Notes: generated by a model from the sequence alone, not told the origin. 50,166 nucleotides of DNA from Octopus bimaculoides (GCF_001194135.2 NC_068981.1:182782686-182832851), one strand, 5' to 3'. Positions 33,012-45,114 are shown, counted from the stretch's first letter. Numbers and translations are program-made.

Positions 33012-33560
33012 ACCGGGCAGTGTAGTAAGAAGTTTGCATTTGAGCCACATGGTGCTGCGTTTAATCCCATTGAACACCGTTATGGACCTTGGGCAAGTGT
33101 CTTCTATAGTCTCGAGCCTACCAAACCCTTTTAGTGGATTTAGGTGACGGAAACTGAATGACGCCCATCGTATATATGCAAAAGTAGGTATACAACTGCT
33201 TAATCGGAGTGGAAACTTTTTTTCATTTTTCTCTTATTGAGAGGTAAAAGAATTCCACTCCTGTTAAGCAACTATGTACCTAATTTTGCCAACGCTTCTG
33301 TGTGTGTGTCTATACACACGTATGTATGTACATCTATCTATCTTTCCATCTTTTTTCATTTATTTGTTTCAATCATTAGACTACGGCCAAGATGGGGTAC
33401 CGCCATGAGGAATTTTAGTCGAACAAATCGATCCCGGTATTTATTTTCTTAAGCCTGGTACTTATTTTATCGGTCTCCTTTTACCGAAGCGTTAGGTTGG
33501 TTATGGGGACGTAAAAACACACACGCACGCGCTGGTTGTCAAGCAGTGGTGGGACACACG

Positions 33561-33639
<79 letters not shown>

Positions 33640-33975
33640 GTTGACGGGCTAGTCCCCCACTGATTCACTCAGAAGGCTTTGGTCGGCCTGAGGCTATAGT
33701 AGTAGGAACTCGCCCAAGGTGCTACGTAGTGGGACTCGGAACCATGTGATTGGAGAGTAAACTTCTAACCACACAGCCACTCTTGATTATATATATAGTG
33801 TGTGTTTGCTCCCATCCCTGCTTGGCAACCAGTGTTAGTGTGTTTACGACTCCGGAACTTAGCGGCTCGGCAAAAGAGGCCATTAGAATATGTACCAGGC
33901 TTAAATTGGACTAAAATTCTTCACGGCGGTGCTCCAGCATGGCTGCAGTCAAATGACTGAAGCAAGTAAAAGAAG
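33012..33975 (+). mobile_element. SINE family A (+) split into head 33012-33178 and tail 33800-33975
   Basis: Head ends cccatcgtatatatgc; tail begins gtgtgtttgctccccatccctgcttggcaacc. Confidence 0.65.
33355..33785 (-). mobile_element. Full-length SINE family A (-) with internal (CT)n(TA)n, lying inside the previous copy
   Basis: Tail tttgtttcaatcattagactacggcc; head gaaccatgtgattggagagtaaacttctaaccacacagccac. Confidence 0.8.
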
Positions 33976-34094
33976 CTTCTGAGACATCTCACAAAAGCAA
34001 CATAGAAATGTAACCCCTATTATACATTAGACCCTTAAAAACATTTAAGACGATGTAAGACAATGCATCACTACACAAAAATATGCACAGCATC

Positions 34095-34479
34095 GTTGTT
34101 GTTGGCACCCCGTCGCTTACGACGTCGAGGGTTCCAGTTGATTCGATCAACGGAACAGCCTGCTCGTGAAATTAACGTGCGAGTGGCTGAGCACACCACA
34201 GACACGTGTACCCTTAACGTAGTACTCGGGGATATTCAGCGTGACACAGTGTGACAAGGCTGACCCTTTGAAATACAGGCACAACAGAAACAGGAAGTAA
34301 GAGTGAGAGAAAGTTGTGGAAGAGTACAGCAGGGTTCGCCACCATCCCCTGCCGGAGCCTCGTGGAGCTTTAAGGTGTTTTCGCTCAATAAACACTCACA
34401 ATGCCCGGTCTGGGAATCGAAACCGCGATCCTATGACCGCGAGTCCGCTGCCCTAACCACTGGGCCATTGCGTCTCCAC
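34095..34479 (-). mobile_element. Long tRNA-headed SINE family C, young copy
   Basis: Reverse complement of 38367-38754 with about 20 differences by hand alignment. Confidence 0.9.
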
Positions 34480-34829
34480 ATGCTCAGCATCAAACAAGAA
34501 AATACTAAATATTCAGTTGCTTTTAATACTTTTCTTAAATATCGACTCCATTTTGTAAAATTCACAAATGTAAAATTTGGCCAGCACTAAAATTAATAAA
34601 GGTGGAAAATTTGTATAAAACATGGATATTAACCAGGGCTGCCTTCGCTTTGGGAGAAAATGGTTAGAGCGTTTTCAAAGCTATTATCTTAATCTAGAAA
34701 TAAATTTAGAATTCCGAAGTTGAAAATATAATCGAAGTGAACGAACGTTCTATAGGACCACCACTCTCTTATGAACATTCTACAAAATTCTAGAGGAGTA
34801 AATTCTTGACATCACTTATCTGCACCGCT

Positions 34830-34990
34830 TTTCTCCAAATCAAAACCCGGACTAAGACCATAACACTCAACTATTACACTTCTCACAAACCTAGCATAGA
34901 ACTATATGGTGGATTAAAAACAAAAAAGAAACCCATAGGACTTGCGCCATCGATATGAAGGCTTTCGGTTGATTCCATGTTCCTTTATAC
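34830..34990 (+). pseudogene. Possible highly decayed LINE reverse-transcriptase fragment
   Basis: TQLLHF...KKETHRTCAIDMKAF resembles the ST..QL...hhDhxKAFD region; short and broken. Confidence 0.3.
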
Positions 34991-36417
34991 AGCGGAAAAA
35001 AAATGTTGAATACCCCCACCAACCTAAGAATGAATATAACAGTGCTAGTTTTCCACCCAATTAAACCAGTAATGCTTTGAGGAAAAAAAAAATGAGCGTC
35101 ACAAAATTAGTCTCATTAGTATATAGGACATTGTGTGATTAACCAGAAGTAAACAACTCGATACATGTAGGTTGTCTGTGTGGAAAATCGCAGAATAGAA
35201 ATTAACTTCCGTCGATTCTTGTCTGCAACTTCAATTTATTCCCGGTTAAAAGAAATTCACTTTGTTTCGTGAATTGAAAGACAAAAGTTGTCCTTGTTAA
35301 AGGTATGAACGTCATGACCTCACATATTTTCTAATTTAAAAAATTTCTGGCATCGTTCCTGTTGCGTGATCAATAGCTCGGAGATGGATGGGTTCCAGCA
35401 AGTTGAGATATATTTACACGAAGACGAAGCTTTCAATGTTGACTGGAGAATGCAATGCTGTTAGAAGACAGTACTTAAATACTGTCAGCAAGTTCTAGAA
35501 GAGTTCAATAAGATCAATTGCCGTGAGGTGTGAAGCATTTAATGTCTCTGGCCTTTGTACTAAGTCTAAGAGAGAAAGTGCTTTGTCGCTTTGACTGAAC
35601 AAGCGAAGGACCTATATTTTAATGGAACGAGAATGTGATTTTGTGACAGTCTACTTAAATATCGTAGGCTGTCTGCGTTAATGTAAGTACTAAGATGAAA
35701 TGTTACTGAATTATTAGAACGTGTGCGTATGTGTGTAAATTTGTATACATTTATGTAGGAATGAATTATTCATCAATTCATCTTGCTATAGTTTGATGCA
35801 TTATTTAATATATCCTGTTTTGTATAGATAGCCAGCGAATATACGGACATGTTGAATCAATACATTTGTTGATGGAATTATAATAAACACACACAAACAC
35901 TCGCATCTGAAACATACTTCGCCCATATATCATTAGCCGAATACAAAACAGCTTGCTTAGATTTTTGTTAGTTAACCCCGATCAGCACCGATGCAGAAAA
36001 TATGATAAAAGATGTTAGTCGTGACTGTTTTTATTCTCTCAGGAGTAATACATTGTTGGTAGTTAATAGTAGTGGAATTGGTGGAAGTAATAGTTTGAGG
36101 AGGAAGGGGTAAAAGGTGCATTTTTAATGGCGTAGTCTGCTGGGGAAAGCATTACCTATGACGTTTTGGATAAGGTGTGTGTGTGAATAAACTTCGATTT
36201 ATCTTCAAACTGGAGACCTGATCCAAACGTTTCTAACAATGGACTCGGTTGAAGGTAACTAAGTCTATGGTGGTTTTAAACTAAGGGACAGATTCTTTTG
36301 TACAGTTTAATGTCGGGCTTCATCAAGCTGAACTATGGCACATAGCTAGTTCCCCTTGACTCGGAATACGCACACGCATCCATCTGGTTGAAGACCATAA
36401 TATGCAGTAATTAATTA

Positions 36418-36637
36418 AGACGATGAGCTAGCAGAGTCATTAAAACGCTGGGAGAAATGTTTAGCAGCATTTCGTCCGTTTTTACGTTCTAAGTCCATAT
36501 TCCGCCGAGGTCGATTCCGCCTTTCATCCTTTCGGGGTCGACAAAATAAGTACCAGTGTTCACACTGAGTAGATATAATCGACTTACTCTGCTCTCACGA
36601 AATTGCTGGCTTTGTGCCAAAATTTGAAACAGATAAT
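36418..36637 (+). mobile_element. SINE family B, tail type 2
   Basis: gatgagctagcagagtc...tccgccgaggtcgattccgcctttcatcctttcggggtcg...tgtgccaaaatttgaaac. Confidence 0.85.
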
Positions 36638-36829
36638 CGGTAGTTAATTGTTTGCGGTGCAGTTTTGCAGTCTGGGTTATATCGACTCTCCATTGTCCAG
36701 TATGTTTCTATAAGACGTTGGTTTTGACTTGTATTGCTGGTGTAGCCATTGGCAGCTTACAATGGTAGTTGTGATGGTTATCGTTTTGATGTGAATACCT
36801 TTTGGCTTTATGATAATTATAGCAATAAA

Positions 36830-36975
36830 ATGTACTTCTTGGCCTAACTGCTGCTTTATTTTATCGACCTTGGAAAATGAAAGGCAAAGTTGGCCCGGAA
36901 CAGGATTTGAATCTAGAACGCAATGGGTCATGTCTAAACATTGTAAGCATTTTGTCCGACGCTCTAACAATTCTG
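36830..36975 (-). mobile_element. SINE family B fragment
   Basis: ttatcgaccttggaaaatgaaaggcaaagttggcccgg...aagcattttgtccgacgctct. Confidence 0.7.
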
Positions 36976-37171
36976 GACGATTCTTTATGTTAGCTTTCTC
37001 TGCTAGAAATAATAGCCAAATATTTACTTTATACTGTTATCCTGAAAATGGACGAATGTATTGGGTATTAAAACTCTGGTTATGTCAGAAGACGGAATCG
37101 TCACGGCTAGAACGTCAAGTGAACGATGGAAATAAGAAATAATAACTTTAGAAAATTTAACATAATTACTC

Positions 37172-37520
37172 CATCTACTAGAAATAGCAGCTGAATTAAC
37201 TTCAAATAACTGACATTTTAAAAAAAAACGTAGGATCATCTTTGCTACTCTAGGCACAAGGCCCCAAATTTTTGGGGAGGGAGCCAGTCGATTAGATCGA
37301 CCCTAATACGCAACTGGTACTTAATCGACCCCGAAAAGATGAAAGGCAAAGTAGACCTCGGCGGAATTTGAACTCAGAACGTAAAGACCCGAAATACCGC
37401 TAAGCAACATGTTGGATAATGTAGTAATAAATACACTGTCTGAAGAAAGAGGCGATGGCCATGACTGGAATGTCTTTTATCCCGGTCTACTTTGTTCGAT
37501 GAGTGCTAGACTGGTACAAA
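37172..37520 (+). mobile_element. Family D repeat interrupted by a family B SINE (- strand, 37240-37405)
   Basis: ctactagaaatagcagc on the left and catgttggataatgtagt...ggcgatggccatgactggaatg on the right of the B copy. Confidence 0.65.
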
Positions 37521-37650
37521 TAACAAAAAACAATCTCAGTATTCCAAATACGTAAATAATTTCTATAAATCTCTTCACAATAACAACATAAACATCATCA
37601 GTAGTAAGAGTAAAGTGTTTTATAGACAACAACAACAACGGCAGTAAACA

Positions 37651-37895
37651 CAGGGTGTTCAAAACGGCTCTCCGCAGTGAATTTTTTTTCCATCCAAGCA
37701 AGATGTATTTCAAAACATGTGTAGAAGACTCAACTTATGTATTGTAAATGAAGAACGACACTTTCAATACCTCTTATAAAGTTTTTTTAAAGTCTTGCAA
37801 AGTCTAATATATTTTCTTTTGTAGTCTTATACCGTCTTATAAATATTTATTTCGCAATAAAATACTTACTGCGGAGAGACTTTTTGAACACCATG
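37651..37895. mobile_element. 245-bp Tc1/mariner-type MITE
   Basis: 28-bp TIRs cagggtgttcaaaacggctctccgcagt and actgcggagagactttttgaacaccatg match at 25/28; right flank TA, left flank CA. Confidence 0.85.
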
Positions 37896-38060
37896 TATAT
37901 ATTTAGAACAACAAACAAAGCCAGAACAGTAGTTGAAGTAATACGCAGCAGTGGAATTCATACGTAAATTAATTTGTAAATAACCAGAAACATGTGTCGA
38001 AATTTCCTCTCCGGTATCTATGAAAACGAGTAAGATAGTAATTTATTTTACTGGTTTCAA

Positions 38061-38290
38061 GGGCAGTGAGCTGGCAGAATGCCGCGGTCGACTTTGCCTC
38101 TCGCTCTTTCGAATGCAATGAAATTAGTATCAGTTGATCACTAGGAATCGATGTAATCGACGTACTCCTCCCCAGACATGGCTGGCCTTGTGTCTAGTAG
38201 TAGAAAGGATTTTATTGGTCTCATCCATTTGACTGCGACCACGCTGGGGCACTGCTTTGGAAGGATTTAATTAATTATATTGCCCTCAGT
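38061..38290. mobile_element. Family B copy with deletion (+ 38061-38214) and family A tail (- 38215-38290)
   Basis: gtgagctggcagaatgccgcggtcgactttgcc; catttgactgcgaccacgctggggcactg. Confidence 0.65.
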
Positions 38291-38366
38291 ACATATTCTG
38301 TACTGCTTGTCAATATTGGTATTGGTCTTTTTTTTTCTTTTTTATCAGTTTCTAATTATCGCATTA

Positions 38367-38754
38367 GTGGAGGCGCAATGGCCCAGTGGTTAGGGCAGCG
38401 GACTCGCGGTCATAAGATCGCGGTTTCGATTCCCAGACCGGGCGTTGTAAGTGTTTATTGAGCGAAAACACCTAAAGCTCCACGAGGCTCCAGCAGGGGA
38501 TGGTGGCGAACCCTGCTGAACTCTTTCACCACATCTTTCTCTCACTCTTACTTCCTGTTTCTGTTGTGCCTGTAATTCAAAGGGCCAGCCTTGTCACACT
38601 GTGTCACGCTGAATATCCCCGAGAACTACGTTAAGGGTGCACGTGTCTGTGGAGTGCTCAGCCACTTGCACGTTAATTTCTCGAGCAGGCTGTTCCGTTG
38701 ATCTGATCAACCGGAACCCTCGTCGTCGTAAGCGACGGAGTGCCAACAACAAAC
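38367..38754 (+). mobile_element. Long tRNA-headed SINE family C, young copy
   Basis: A box tggcccagtggttag, B box ggtttcgattccc, 3' end cgtaagcgacggagtgccaacaacaaac. Confidence 0.9.
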
Positions 38755-39469
38755 AATTATCGTATTGCTGAATATATTTTGAGTTACGCCCCTTCCATCG
38801 TAATTGATATTTCAACCTACATGGCAAGGAAACTTGCATGTGGATGTTTTTCATTCCTTCTCTAACAAAGGCTTTGTTCATTCTTGCGAAATTAACCTTC
38901 GGGCGCCAAGATCGCTTTACAGAACTGAAGCTGATTAAATCTAGATTTAGTTTAAACGATCGCCCTGTTGCATTAATAGACATTCATAGTCGAACGCCTA
39001 TCTGGTAATAACTGTAATTTTCTCCAAGTAAAATCATAATATATTCTGAGGTAGCAGCAGAAATATTTAGACCAGGCATGTCTATAATTATCAAAGAAAA
39101 ATTACATTAATTTGGCGGAAAGCAAACAGTTTGCATGGTAACATAAGAAAAACGTATAACATTCATACCGGATTTATGTAAATTATGTAGCTGAACTGTG
39201 CTTTGTCATTCATTGTGGCACCGTTGCTCCTAACTAATAGAATAACACATTAACGTTGAACGATATGTAACTGTATCATGAATTATAGCCAACACCGAGT
39301 GTATATACACATGCATACAACAGGCTTCTGTGTAGGGTCTGTTTACAAAATTTTCCACAAAAAGTACAGTTCACCCAAGGGTTGGTAGAGGATGTTGGAA
39401 GCTAACTCGGACCTTTGTGATCATGAAACTTAGTTCTTCGCCAAATGAAAACTACTATTACTAATATTT

Positions 39470-39913
39470 TTTTTTCTGTTATAGGCAAAAGGCCTGAAAT
39501 TATGGGGTGGAGCGGTGCAAGTTCAGGGAGGGGGCATATTCTTGTACTTATTTCAACCAATCTGAAATGATAAAAGGCAAAGTCGACCTCGGCGGAATTT
39601 GAACTCAGAACGTAATGGCGGACGAAATGCCGCTAAGCATTTGTCCGGTGTGCTAACGATTCTGCCAGTTCACCACCTAAACGACAACAACAACAACAAC
39701 AATAATAATCCCTTCTACTTTAGACACAAGGCCTGAAATTTGGGTGGACCGGGTAAGTCGATTACATCAACCGCCAACTGGAACTTAATTTATCGATCCC
39801 GAACATTGAAAGAAAGTTGACCTCGGCGGAATTTGAACTCAGAACCTGGCGGCAGACGAAATACCGCTAAGCATTTCGCCCGAAGTGCTAACGTTTCTGC
39901 CAGCTCGCCGCCT
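39470..39913 (-). mobile_element. Two stacked family B SINEs (39470-39678, 39708-39913), tail type 2
   Basis: Both contain cctcggcggaatttgaactcagaac; separated by (CAA)n(TAA)n; (CTAT)n follows at about 39916-39956. Confidence 0.88.
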
Positions 39914-39956
<43 letters not shown>

Positions 39957-40914
39957 AATGATGTGTGCGCGTACGTCTGACAACCAGTTTTGGTTTGCTT
40001 AAATCCTTTGACCTGGCAGTTCGACAAAAGAGTCCCATAGAATAATTTACTCACTTTCTTTCATTAAGCTCTTCAATGTGGTGCTCCNNNNNNNNNNNNN
40101 NNNNNNNNNNNNNNNNNNNNNNNNNNNNNNNNNNNNNNNNNNNNNNNNNNNNNNNNNNNNNNNNNNNNNNNNNNNNNNNNNNNNNNNNNNNNNNNNNNNN
40201 NNNNNNNNNNNNNNNNNNNNNNNNNNNNNNNNNNNNNNNNNNNNNNNNNNNNNNNNNNNNNNNNNNNNNNNNNNNNNNNNNNNNNNNNNNNNNNNNNNNN
40301 NNNNNNNNNNNNNNNNNNNNNNNNNNNNNNNNNNNNNNNNNNNNNNNNNNNNNNNNNNNNNNNNNNNNNNNNNNNNNNNNNNNNNNNNNNNNNNNNNNNN
40401 NNNNNNNNNNNNNNNNNNNNNNNNNNNNNNNNNNNNNNNNNNNNNNNNNNNNNNNNNNNNNNNNNNNNNNNNNNNNNNNNNNNNNATAGGATGTATTGAA
40501 AAGATGGTGGTGAATCATTCGGCTTATATGTGTCATGTTGTTTTCTTCCCCCTTTTTTTTCTTCATCGACAGTGTACAACGATAATTCTCTGATGGGAAC
40601 TCGTAAATATACAGGAATTGTGATCTTCAGGGGCCTTATATACAGTATGTTTATGACTTCCTTATTTCTGTTTGAAATAGGATGCTGTTCATTGAAGTGA
40701 TTCTCTGCAACGTACGAAGTCCCATGGATACGGGAGCAATCATTTACGTAATTGGTATTTCTGTGTGTATAGCGGTATGGCAGTGGCGGTGGTTTAGCAG
40801 GAGGAGTAGTAATAGTAGTGACAATGAACGTGGTAATATTTATAGGAAAAGTCATGTGGTTCCGACTGTGTGATTTTGATGGTGGTACATTAGTGGACTT
40901 GCTGATGATGACAG

Positions 40915-41124
40915 TTTTAGTGGTTAGCACGTCGGATAAAATGCTTAGCGGCATTTCTTCCGGCTTTAAGGTAATTGTTCAAGTGCCACCGAAGTCGACT
41001 TTGCCTTTCATCCTTTCGAGGTCGATAAATTAAGTACCAGTGAAACACTGGGGTCGATGTAATCGACCAGTCCCCTTCCCCAAAATTTCAGGCCTTGTGC
41101 CTATAGTAGAAAGGATTATTATTT
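40915..41124 (+). mobile_element. SINE family B, tail type 2
   Basis: gttagcacgtcggataaaatgcttagcgg...agtccccttccccaaaatttcaggccttgtgcctatagtagaaaggattattattt. Confidence 0.88.
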
Positions 41125-41139
41125 ACGTTGTTTTTGCTT

Positions 41140-41200
41140 TGTTTTGTACGAGCTGTTTCGAGTCTCACTCAGAGACCACCAGACATAAGAAGTTGGACGC
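41140..41200 (-). mobile_element. Possible Penelope-like remnant with decayed hammerhead
   Basis: Minus strand ctggtg-gtctc-tgagt-gagac-tc-GAAACAGCT-cgta. Confidence 0.35.
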
Positions 41201-41329
41201 TTTACTATGGGTGTTATTTATGAATAATAACGATATATTGTGCAAGGGAAGGAGATCAGAATCTGGGAACTAAGATTGTTAAATTTGTAAAATTTCAGTT
41301 TTAATTTTAAGAGAATCGGGTATTTTCAA

Positions 41330-41690
41330 GTTGACAATATTTTCTTCGGACCTCAGCAGTACCCATGGAACAGCGTTTTGTAGTCCTTATACTTTTGGAT
41401 TTCCTGGCATTTGGTCACAGTGTTTAGGGTACAGGTGTTGCTCTTAGATGTCACATTTTTGAGACCTCTATTTCAAGATCCTTGTATTTACTTAACTTTT
41501 AAAATGTTTTTCAAAAATGCTGCAATGTGTTGGGAATGAAAATCTGTGGATAGGAATGTTTTGTCAACATGATTTTTTTACCACAATATCTGATCTATTG
41601 GTCTCAATAACATGGTCAGCTTGAATACTTAGTTCCCAAAGAGCAGTGATATCTTTATTTTCTACCACTTTGGTAGGCTTATGTTCTCAC
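41330..41690 (-). pseudogene. Degenerate restriction-like endonuclease domain of an R4/Dong-like non-LTR element
   Basis: EHKPTKVVENKDITALWELSIQADHVIETNRSDIVV...KLSKYKDLEIEVSKM*...LQNAV.MGTA. Confidence 0.85.
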
Positions 41691-41714
41691 TATTTCTAAT
41701 ATTATTAGGGTGGC

Positions 41715-42125
41715 ATGCAGGCAGAATGCTTGGCATTTCATTTGTTTTTACGTTCTGAGTTCAAATTCCACCAAGGTTAACTTTGCCTTTCGTCTTTCGT
41801 CTTTCGGGGTCAATAAAATGAGTGTCAGTCGAGCACTGGGGTCGATATAATCGATTAGTCTCCTTTCTTCAAAATCAGGCCTTCTGCCTGTAGGAGAAAG
41901 ATTTGTTATTATATGGGCGGCGAGTTGGTGGACTCACTGGCACGTCGGACAAAATGCTAACTAGCATCTCGTTCGTCCTCACGTTTTGAGTTCAAATTCC
42001 GCCGAGGTCGACCTTGCCTTTCACCCTTTCGAAATCGATAAAATAAGTGCCAGTTGAGCAGTGGGATCAAGGTAATCGACTATCCCACTAAAATTTTAGG
42101 CCTTGTCCCCGTAATAGAAAGGATT
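41715..42125 (+). mobile_element. Two stacked family B SINEs (41715-41912, 41915-42125)
   Basis: gttctgagttcaaattccacc and gagttcaaattccgccgaggtcgacc; type 2 tails ending agaaa(g)gatt. Confidence 0.85.
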
Positions 42126-42999
42126 AAAGGCGTTTCAGACACGACCATCCCGTCGCTTTTCCATATTTCGGATCACATTAACCAGTACGATTTTTCCCCT
42201 TTGAAGACAAACACTATAGGGTGTAGTTTTTGCTTGAATTGGTTACTATTTTTAGCAGTTTGGTCGATCACCAACGGCCTTTCTCATTGCTTCAGAATAC
42301 TTATCGTATTTCAACAAGATACTTCATTCATTAACATGAACTTTATCAATTTGATTACTTTTTATTTATTAATTGAACTTTTTCGAATTACTCCATCAAA
42401 AATAAATTCATCACTTTATAATCCCCCAAACAAATTATTTATTGATGTACAAATTATCGGCAGAAATTTCTTTAATTACTTCATTAGTCTTGTTAATTAA
42501 TTATTTTCAATCTTATAGGATTAATTCCTTATCTATTTAGGACTATTAGTCATTTAGTCATACCATTCTTATTATTTCTCTTCTCCACCATTAATTTACT
42601 CTGGTGCTCAATCACTTTTATCAAATCCCTCCCCTCCACCATCATGGTTCACTGTGGTTTGTCCCTTTCGTCGGAGTCTAGTCCTTCCTTCTGGCACATC
42701 TTGGATACTGAAACACAGCCGGATTATTGTAAGTGTTTTGTATGGTTGACAAAGACAGTGGCGAGAGCTGATAAGAAAGTAGCTTTGTGCAATAATAAAT
42801 CAACATTTACGTTTATATCAGTGAGGATGGCAAGGCGGACCGTGGGGAGAAGTTAGCATCCGCCATCCACCTCGTTTTTAATCATCCCATGCAAAAACAG
42901 TATCGTTCTTCTGAAACATATTGTCTCTGTCTTGCATTCTGGACAAGATAGAAACGAAAGCTGGCAGCCGACCAATTTCTGTATTGGTTGAGTTTTGTG

Positions 43000-43128
43000 T
43001 ATTTACGTGTCTGTGGACTGCAGGGTGTATGTATGTATGGATGTGTTTATGTATGAATGCTTATGTGTTTGCGTATTGTAATGTGTATGCATGTGTCTGT
43101 ATTGGGATCTGTGTATGTCTGAATTGTG

Positions 43129-43164
<36 letters not shown>

Positions 43165-43720
43165 TTGGAAATAGTGACGTGTGTATGCATGGGTCTGTAC
43201 ATTGTAATATATTTGCACGTGTTTGTGAATGGTGACTTGTGTATATGATGTGTGTATGCATGTGTCAACGTACTGTAATGTGTGTGTCTGAGTACTGTGA
43301 TTTCTATGTCTGAATTGTGTATGTATGTATGAATGTATGTATATATGTATTATGACGTGCACGTGCATATGTACTTTTGTCATGTGTGTGTGTATATATA
43401 TGCACGGTGTGTCGATGTGTGTGTGAATGTATTATTAAGGTGTGCTAGTCAGTGTTGTGATGTATGAGTGTGTACATTGCTTGTTTGTATGCATATATTT
43501 GTATAGTGATGTGTATGTGTATATTGTGATTTGTATGTGTGAGTGTGTGAGTGTGTGTGTGTGTGTATTGAGGTGTGAGCATGAAGGTATTGTGGTGTGT
43601 GTGTGTGTGTGTGTACTGTGATGTGTATGTATTGTGATGTTTCTGTGATTTTGCAATGTGTAGGTATATGTGTTAGTATTTTGTGATATGTTTGTGTTCG
43701 TGTATGTGTGTGAGTGTTGG
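43000..43720. repeat. Long degenerate TG/TATG-rich low-complexity tract
   Basis: Directly visible. Confidence 0.85.
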
Positions 43721-43829
43721 AATTGGTGGTGGAAGGAGATACCAGGCGAGAATAAATGAAAACGCAAACAAGGGAGAAATCATAAAACGGTAACAGCATG
43801 GCTCGAGAGGATGTAAGAATGAGAGATAG

Positions 43830-43842
43830 AAAGAAAGAAAAG

Positions 43843-43873
<31 letters not shown>

Positions 43874-44076
43874 AAAGAGAGAATGATAGGGAGAAAGAAA
43901 GACCCAGACATAAAGATAGAGAAATAGAAAAAAGTTGAAGATACGTAGAGAGTGTCTGAGACGGAGATTTGTGTGTGCGCATGTGTTATTGAAGATAGAA
44001 AGTGAACGAGAACTTGGGAAAGAGACCGTATGAGGGAATAACATAGAGATAGAGAGGAGGTGTGTGTGTGTGTGTA

Positions 44077-44123
<47 letters not shown>

Positions 44124-44320
44124 TAGAGAGAGAGCAAATGATAAACTAGAGTTTGTGGGAGAATAAGAAAGTAAGCTTAAGATAGCAACAGATAGTTTTA
44201 AAAAGAAAAGTGAGAGAACAGCAATTTATACAAGTAAACAGTGGTGGTGGTAGTGGTGGTAGTGGTGGTAGTGGTGGTGGTGGTAGTGGTTGTGGTGGTG
44301 GTGGTGGTGGTGGTGATAAA
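43830..44320. repeat. (GA)n, (TG)n and (GGT)n/(GGTAGT)n microsatellites
   Basis: GA at about 43840-43870, TG at about 44060-44110, GGT at about 44241-44315. Confidence 0.9.
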
Positions 44321-44504
44321 AGATGATGGCGATGATTACGACGATGAAGCCAACGACACAAAAGATGGAGATATTGAAGATGATGATGGAGGATCAAGGA
44401 AATGATGAAAAGGAAGAAAAGGAAGAAAAGATGTAGAAATGAAATGAACAGGTGTACAAGCTGTATATATATATACATGTATGTGCACGCATGTATGAAT
44501 AAAT

Positions 44505-44539
<35 letters not shown>

Positions 44540-44689
44540 NNNNNNNNNNNNNNNNNNNNNNNNNNNNNNNNNNNNNNNNNNNNNNNNNNNNNNNNNNNNN
44601 NNNNNNNNNNNNNNNNNNNNNNNNNNNNNNNNNNNNNNNNNNNNNNNNNNNNNNNNNNNNNNNNNNNNNNNNNNNNNNNNNNNNNNNNN

Positions 44690-44729
<40 letters not shown>

Positions 44730-45024
44730 GTTTATCTGTCTATCTATCTAAACACACATGCGCGTGCGCACACACGTAAATATTTCTTACATATATAGTA
44801 TATGGTGTGTATCACATTTAAGAATAGCTATTCGCCATGAAGAGTGACTTACACTTGCAACTATATTGGCCTTAAGCTGGATTCTGATAATCTTATTTCA
44901 ATGTTATCTATCGCCATACAACTAAATCATAATTGTGTGTCGCAGAGACATCTGCCACCAGTAGAATAGAAGAATAGAAAACAGAACAATGTACTCCTTC
45001 CTTCCCTTCCTCCTCTCCTTCAAA

Positions 45025-45027
<3 letters not shown>

Positions 45028-45114
<87 letters not shown>

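Noticed and set aside
34648-34839. Weak inverted match tttgggagaaaatggt / accgcttttctccaaa
   Set aside because: Short and mismatched with no TSD; not enough to call a MITE.
38367-38445. tRNA-like heads (also 788, 6410, 16915, 34400-34479)
   Set aside because: They have A/B boxes but I cannot fold a full cloverleaf, and they continue into SINE bodies; these are SINE heads, not tRNA genes.
38594-38983. Similar peptides in ORFs 38594-38983 and 34063-34254 (RRLRRRGF...VLGDIQRDTV)
   Set aside because: The similarity comes from two copies of the same non-coding SINE family C.
40073-40954. 293-aa ORF with TITT/PP stretch
   Set aside because: About half is N gap, the start lies in a family B SINE and the rest is low complexity.
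44146-44478. Poly-proline/His ORF on the minus strand
   Set aside because: Produced by (GGT)n and (GAT)n microsatellites; no splice or domain evidence.
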